From an uncultured Rhodospirillaceae bacterium (lineage in GTDB: Bacteria; Pseudomonadota; Alphaproteobacteria; Rhodospirillales; UBA2165), in contig CAZSXT010000002.1 of the NCBI GenBank assembly GCA_964611435.1, forward strand, positions 64,308 to 128,307: 64,000 nt of DNA. The letters run 5' to 3'. The notes beneath the pieces are model-generated. The model did not search any database. It was not told the DNA's origin and saw nothing but the letters and a program-made list of their open reading frames with translations. A program made the position numbers and the translations under genes. Each line of letters opens with the position of its first letter. Position 1 is the first letter of the stretch. Below, one piece after another: positions 57,838-64,000 of this stretch.

Positions 57838-58371
57838 ATGATCTCCACCGCCTATGCTCAAAGCGCCGACGCGGCCCACAGTGGAGGGTTCATGAGCGAT
57901 CCCACGTTCTGGGTCGCCATCTCGTTCGTGATTTTCGTTCTACTGGCGGCAAAGCCGGCCTGGAAATTTATTACCTCGGCCTTGGACGCCAAGATCGAGG
58001 AAATTCGCGAGAAGATCGAGGAGGCCACGAAGCTCCGAGAAGAAGCGCAGGAGATGTTGGCCGAATATAAACGCAAGCTGGCCGACGCAGAGAAAGAAGC
58101 CGGCGACATCATCACCCAGGCTCGGGAAGAGGCCCAACTGATGAAGACCCGGATGACGGAGGATCTGCAAGCCTCCCTCCAACGCCGGGAGAAAATGGCT
58201 ATGGATCGGATCGCCCAAGCAGAATCCGATGCGGCCGCCGAAGTGCGTTCCTTGACCGCGGAGATCGCCCTGGATGCGGCACGCCAGGTGATCCAAGACA
58301 ACGTGACCGGCGATAAGGCGTCGTCCATGATCGACGACGCCATCAAGGACCTGCCCGAAAAACTGAACTAG
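57838..58371 (+). CDS. atpF: F0F1 ATP synthase subunit b
   Basis: 177 aa with an N-terminal TM helix and a long charged helix. Confidence 0.9.
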   Translation: MISTAYAQSADAAHSGGFMSDPTFWVAISFVIFVLLAAKPAWKFITSALDAKIEEIREKIEEATKLREEAQEMLAEYKRKLADAEKEAGDIITQAREEAQLMKTRMTEDLQASLQRREKMAMDRIAQAESDAAAEVRSLTAEIALDAARQVIQDNVTGDKASSMIDDAIKDLPEKLN

Positions 58372-58744
58372 GGGCGGGGCTCACCCCACAAACTGATGTT
58401 CGTCTTCCGCGGGCCGCCGCAGCCGTGATCCGTGGACCCATGCTTAATCAAGGTGGTGCGCGGCTCCGTCGTTGTCCGCGCATGGCTAGAAAAGAGGAAC
58501 CCGATCATCACAAGCAGGGCTGAAAATCCTTAAAAGTCGAACTCACACACAGAAAAATGGAATTGTGAACGCGTTTACAGAGGGAACTGCCGAACTCCGC
58601 TAAACAACGCCTCATAAACACGTCTCACAAGGTCCCAAAACGAGACATCCCGATAATCCGGGGTCCTTGCGAGAAGGCGAGAGTCTGGTGCATGATATGC
58701 ACCGGTTGACCTCAGACGGAGCAACTTGAAAGAGGCATACCCCT

Positions 58745-59404
58745 ATGAAAAACCGATCTTTAGCCCTGGCGTTTTCCACCTTGATCCTATTCAGCAGCGC
58801 CCCCGCTCTCGCCGGTCCCGCTGCAATCGTTGAGGAAATCTCGGGCAGCAACTCCAAGATTCAGTTCATGGACTTCCTCTCTCCCGGCAAATCATTTGAT
58901 CTGGGCAGCAAGGGAACCGCTGTTCTCGGCTATATGCAATCCTGTCTCAAGGAAACCATTACGGGCGGAAAGGTCACTGTCGGTGCGCAACAAAGTAAAG
59001 TCAGCGGCGGCACGGTTAAACGCCTGCGGGTCGAATGCGACGGGGGACAGATGCTCTTGACCTCTGAACAGGCCGGAAAAAGCGCCGTCACCGTATTCCG
59101 CAAAGCGCCCAACAACCGCAAAGCAAAATTGCCGAAAGCCAAACTGACCCTTTACTCCACCGCACCGATCCTATCGTTGAGCGAGAAAGCCTCTTCCGTT
59201 CAACTGGTTCGTCTGGACAAGAAATCCCAGCCGCAGTCAATTTCCATCAGCGGTAATGTCACCGACCTTGCCGGCAGGAGTATAGACCTGGCGCCCGGCG
59301 GTCTGTATCGGCTTTCCGCTGGCAAGAAAGAATTGGTCTTCAAGGTCGATCCGTTAGCGGACTCCAATGCGGCCTCTATCCTGCAGCGGCTCATCCGTCT
59401 TTAA
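58745..59404 (+). CDS. periplasmic hypothetical protein (FecR-like pattern)
   Basis: It has a signal peptide (MKNRSLALAFSTLILFSSAPALAG) and beta-rich sequence. It ends 15 nt upstream of the CHASE2 cyclase. Confidence 0.5.
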   Translation: MKNRSLALAFSTLILFSSAPALAGPAAIVEEISGSNSKIQFMDFLSPGKSFDLGSKGTAVLGYMQSCLKETITGGKVTVGAQQSKVSGGTVKRLRVECDGGQMLLTSEQAGKSAVTVFRKAPNNRKAKLPKAKLTLYSTAPILSLSEKASSVQLVRLDKKSQPQSISISGNVTDLAGRSIDLAPGGLYRLSAGKKELVFKVDPLADSNAASILQRLIRL

Positions 59405-59419
59405 GTTGCGTGCCGGGGG

Positions 59420-61555
59420 ATGAAGCCAAGAGATGTTCTAGCAACCGTGATGATCGCCGGTGCGACGACGCTGGCCACGGCGATCCCGGCTTTGAATTAT
59501 ATCGACCACCTCGGCCTGGATAGCCTCCATTGGCTGCGCCACACTGTCTTCGGCGTCCCGCATAAACCGGAAGATTCGCCCAGCGTTGTCGTCGCCATCG
59601 ACGAGGAAACCTACCAAACCCCGCCTTATAAGGGGCTGCCAAAGATAATGTGGGCCAAGCAACTGGCCTCAATCTTAGACGGGGTCATGAACGGCGGGGC
59701 GAAAGTCATCGGCTTCGACGTAATTTATCCGACATCGGTGGAGCCCCTCCTCCCCAACTTCGAGAAAGATTTGCGGCGCACCCTCTTCAAGGGCGGGCGA
59801 AGTGGCCGGATCGTACTCGGCAAGGTGCAACACAGCGCCAAGCCCCTGGCCCCCCATGCCGGTCAGGTATTCGCCGTGGGTGGCCAGCGCAATTTGCGGG
59901 CGGTCAACGCTTTCGAAGACGAGGATGGGATCATCCGCCGCATGCCGCTCACCTTAAAGGCACTCAACCGGGACGGATCGGTCCGAACCGAATCATCAAT
60001 GTCGTTGGAGCTGACGGCCCGCGCCCTCAAGCAAAAATGGGCCATGGAAGATGATGGCCGTTTGCGACTGGGCGACTGGATTGTTCCCGGGTCCGAAAGC
60101 GGCAACGTTGTGCTGAATTTTGACGGGGGCTGGGGGGATATACCGTATTACTCGTTCGCCGATCTGGCCGCCTGCGCCGAAAAAGGCCGGACCGGCTATT
60201 TCGAAAAGAACTTCAAGGACAAGGTGGTGCTGGTCGGCACAGTGCTGGACGTTGGCGACCGCAAGCTGACCTCCAAGCGCTTCATCACCGGAGAGGAAGG
60301 CGTCGTGCCGGTTGAGCGGTGTGAATTGCAGCCGCCGAATGACCTGTACAAGGCAGGCATTGTGCGGGATGCAATTCCCGGTGTTTTTGTCCATGCCACG
60401 GCCGTTAACAATCTGATCCGCCGCGACATGACCGTCCAGGCGAGCGCCTTCACCAATTTTTGGATCACCCTGATCTTCGCATTTCTGGCGGCGGGGGCCA
60501 CCTTTTTCCTGAAACCCGTACAGAGTGGTTTGGCCGTAATCGGTGGCATGGTGGTCTGGGCCGGCATTGCAACAAGCTTATTTAAAGGCGGATTTGCGCC
60601 GTCTCTGTTCGATCCGATGATCGCTGCGCCGCTGACTTTTGCGCTGATGCTGGGGTATCAGTTCACCGTCACCGACAAGGACAAACGCTATATCCGTAAA
60701 GTCTTTTCCTTTTATCTGCCACCGACGGTTATCGAGAAAATGACCTCCGACGACCAACTGCCAACCTTGGGCGGCGAATCCAAGGAAGTGACCATCTTTT
60801 TCTCCGATATTGCCAAGTTCTCGACTCTGTCCGAGGCTTTAACCGCCGGCGAAGTGGCGACTTTCCTGAACGAATACCTGACGGAAATGTCTGATTTAAT
60901 TGAAGAACGGGGCGGATTTATTGAGAAGTTCGTCGCCGATGAAATCACCGGCGTCTTCGGCGCACCCGTGGACGATCCGGATCACGCCTTCAACGCCGTC
61001 GATGCTGCGTTGGCCTGCCGGGCGCGGCTGGCGGAAATGAAGGGCGCCTTTGGTCTTCCCGCCGACAGCGTGCTCACAGCGCGAATCGGCATCAACACCG
61101 GCGAGATGCTCGTCGGCAATATCGGCTCCTACCGCCGCTTCAATTATGCGGCCATGGGCGACGCCGCCAACCTGGGTTCCCGGCTGGAAGGCGCGAACAA
61201 GTACTATGATTCTCTGATGATGGTTGGGGAACGCACCCATGAGCTCTGTGGCGACCGGGCGGTCTTCCGGGAGATCGACACCATACTGGTCATGGGCCGG
61301 GAGACCCCGGTCCGCTGCTTCGAACCGTTGGGCCATGGAGGCCAGGTGCCGGTGGAGATGCTGGAGATCAAGGAAAAGTACGAAACCGCCCTCGCGGTCT
61401 ACCGGGATCGCCGTTTCGGGGAGGCCGCGGCGTTGTTCGAGACCATCGCCGAGAACGATCCGGTGGCAAGAATTATGAGCGACAGAAGCCGCGCCTATGT
61501 AAACACGCCGCCGCCCGAAGATTGGCGACAGGCCTATATTTTGGGCGGGAAGTAG
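59420..61555 (+). CDS. CHASE2-domain adenylate/guanylate cyclase
   Basis: The N-terminal CHASE2 domain reads VVVAIDEETY...GAKVIGFDVIY. TM helices follow. The C-terminal class III CHD has intact FFSDI, ADE and AANLGSRLEG motifs. Confidence 0.9.
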   Translation: MKPRDVLATVMIAGATTLATAIPALNYIDHLGLDSLHWLRHTVFGVPHKPEDSPSVVVAIDEETYQTPPYKGLPKIMWAKQLASILDGVMNGGAKVIGFDVIYPTSVEPLLPNFEKDLRRTLFKGGRSGRIVLGKVQHSAKPLAPHAGQVFAVGGQRNLRAVNAFEDEDGIIRRMPLTLKALNRDGSVRTESSMSLELTARALKQKWAMEDDGRLRLGDWIVPGSESGNVVLNFDGGWGDIPYYSFADLAACAEKGRTGYFEKNFKDKVVLVGTVLDVGDRKLTSKRFITGEEGVVPVERCELQPPNDLYKAGIVRDAIPGVFVHATAVNNLIRRDMTVQASAFTNFWITLIFAFLAAGATFFLKPVQSGLAVIGGMVVWAGIATSLFKGGFAPSLFDPMIAAPLTFALMLGYQFTVTDKDKRYIRKVFSFYLPPTVIEKMTSDDQLPTLGGESKEVTIFFSDIAKFSTLSEALTAGEVATFLNEYLTEMSDLIEERGGFIEKFVADEITGVFGAPVDDPDHAFNAVDAALACRARLAEMKGAFGLPADSVLTARIGINTGEMLVGNIGSYRRFNYAAMGDAANLGSRLEGANKYYDSLMMVGERTHELCGDRAVFREIDTILVMGRETPVRCFEPLGHGGQVPVEMLEIKEKYETALAVYRDRRFGEAAALFETIAENDPVARIMSDRSRAYVNTPPPEDWRQAYILGGK

Positions 61556-61702
61556 CGGACAAAGCACCAAAGATTGTTGCTTAGTACTCCATTCATCTTA
61601 GCGGCGCCTCTATACACTCATTAATAGATAAAAATATGGTTCAACTGTAAAATACCAATCATTAGTATCAGGTGATCTGTGTTCAATGGTGAGGAAACGA
61701 TA

Positions 61703-61954
61703 ATGGCTACTGCGATACATAAAGCGGAATTGGTTAATTGGGTCCATTCAGCTCTGGTCGAGCGAGGAGGCCAAGCCACAATTGTCCAGATTGCAAAACA
61801 CATTTGGGAGAACCATGAAGCCGAACTTCGGGGTGCTGGTAACTTGTTCTATACGTGGCAATACGACATGCGTTGGGCGGCAACCGAACTCAGAAAAAGG
61901 GGTAAGATCGTCCCCTACCAATCATCCAACCGGGGTATTTGGCAGCTTAAATAG
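61703..61954 (+). CDS. small winged-helix protein (Mrr_N-like)
   Basis: 83 aa with a GAGGAA RBS. The pattern GGQATIVQIAKHIW...WQYDMRWAATELRKRGKI resembles restriction-system N-terminal wHTH domains. It sits in an AT-rich islet. Confidence 0.5.
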   Translation: MATAIHKAELVNWVHSALVERGGQATIVQIAKHIWENHEAELRGAGNLFYTWQYDMRWAATELRKRGKIVPYQSSNRGIWQLK

Positions 61955-61977
61955 GCTTGTTGGACGCCTTCCGCCGC

Positions 61978-63066
61978 TCAGATCATCCGGGCAATTTCGT
62001 CCAATTTTTCGAAATGACGATAGATCTGACCGTGGAATTTTTCCGGCCAATGGCGGGGGAAGATGCCGGTGGCGTCTTTCAATGAAAGTTTTTCGAACCC
62101 GTCACCCGATTTTCGCATGGCCCAAAAGCCCCGGAAGGTAGAGACCTCGCCCAAACATTCACCGACAGCCAGTGAAACACCGGGGTGAAACCAGACGCCC
62201 GACCGGGGGTCCTGCACCAGATCGCTTTCCTTGTGTTCCATCACGAACCTGCGATCACAGGCTCCCACTTGCAGCTCCAGATCATCGCCACAAATGATGC
62301 CGCCGGTTTTCAGCAACGGCGTGCAGGCGGTGATGTCGAAGCGTACATCGGCATAATGGTGACTGCCGTCAATATAGATCATATCGAAACGGCGCTCCTG
62401 CAGCGACGGCAGGATCGTCCGGCTGGTCCCGCGATGAGCGGTGACCTCCAGTCGTTCATGACACCGGCTCATATTGTGGCGAAAGACCTGGAAGGCGCGG
62501 TTGTTCTCCAACGCCACGGTCATGGTGTCGGGGTAGAAATCCGCGCCAAAGTCACCCCAGGGATCGATGCAATCGACCCGGCAATCGACATTCAGGAGCT
62601 TTTCCACAGTGTTGGGCCAGGTGATCAGGGACGCTCCGGCAAATGAACCGATCTCCAGCAATTCGAACGTCTCACCCGGCGAGTGCGCGGCATGCATGGC
62701 CGCCGACATATACACCTGCCGCTCAGGCGCATGGGCGCCCTGAAAAAAGGCGGGCATGTGGGTGTGCCAGTCGCCCATCAACTTGGCCTTGAGTTCAAGA
62801 ATGGAGGATGGATCGTCGGCCTGGGTGATCGCCGTGTCCAGATGCGCCATCGCGCGGGCGATTTCGCCGAACCGGAATAGATAGTAAGCAAGTACAATCC
62901 GGTAGCTGCCGTTCTCCGGGGCCAGGGCGACCGCTTCTTCCAAGACAGGAAGGGCGGCCTCATGCTTCTGATCCTTGATAAGGTCCTGCGCGCGTTGAAA
63001 AACCTCATCCGGATTGCTCGCCCGGACCGGTTCAAGAACCGCTTGATCCATAGCCGTCACCACCAT
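61978..63066 (-). CDS. TPR plus class I methyltransferase-like (Methyltransf_24-like) fusion protein
   Basis: The N-terminus has TPR units. The C-terminus reads LLEIGSFAGASL...IYIDGSHHYADVRFDI...GGIICGDD. Confidence 0.65.
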   Translation of the reverse strand: MVVTAMDQAVLEPVRASNPDEVFQRAQDLIKDQKHEAALPVLEEAVALAPENGSYRIVLAYYLFRFGEIARAMAHLDTAITQADDPSSILELKAKLMGDWHTHMPAFFQGAHAPERQVYMSAAMHAAHSPGETFELLEIGSFAGASLITWPNTVEKLLNVDCRVDCIDPWGDFGADFYPDTMTVALENNRAFQVFRHNMSRCHERLEVTAHRGTSRTILPSLQERRFDMIYIDGSHHYADVRFDITACTPLLKTGGIICGDDLELQVGACDRRFVMEHKESDLVQDPRSGVWFHPGVSLAVGECLGEVSTFRGFWAMRKSGDGFEKLSLKDATGIFPRHWPEKFHGQIYRHFEKLDEIARMI

Positions 63067-63135
63067 TTTTGTTTTCGGTAGGATAGCGGCGCCGGCTTAA
63101 CAAACACTGAAGTGCAAGGCCAAAGCGGTTTAAGG

Positions 63136-64000
<865 letters not shown>

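Overview
This 64-kb window is GC-rich chromosomal DNA, roughly 55-60% GC by eye, and looks alphaproteobacterial. The supporting markers are a CcrM-type GANTC methyltransferase, an F0-only atpI-B-E-b'-b operon, etfBA-hbd, a HIG1-like small membrane protein and DUF721 next to mutY.

I call about 58 protein genes, one tRNA-Gln(UUG), several terminators or hairpins, and three structured intergenic repeat elements. I saw no rRNA, CRISPR array, transposase, integrase or phage genes.

- **Core housekeeping blocks:** 1-26 kb (ETF, CcrM, RNase HII, TAXI-TRAP, Slt, UDG, ETF-QO, IspE) and 47-64 kb (MutY, BolA, SMC, ATP synthase F0, LigA).
- **Accessory-type block:** about 26-47 kb, starting at tRNA-Gln.
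- **Most unusual content:**
  - A divergent four-gene cluster at 30.4-38.0 kb. It has two UbiD-family (de)carboxylase paralogs, a stand-alone Mo-hydroxylase large subunit and a ThDP enzyme, with none of the usual partner genes in the window.
  - A MetE-like / TauD-like / leaderless NMT1-like trio next to that cluster.
  - A class III cyclase homolog whose catalytic residues are substituted.
  - A 738-aa cytoplasmic reductive-dehalogenase-like double-[4Fe-4S] protein.
  - An orphan 415-aa protein with flagellin-like tripartite architecture.
  - A secreted ankyrin-repeat protein behind an AT-rich junction at the tRNA.
  - A diverged intergenic repeat family: a 274-bp element with perfect 24-bp terminal inverted repeats plus a half-copy, and a separate 256-bp palindromic element.

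All functional calls rest on reading motifs in the translated ORFs. No database search was run.
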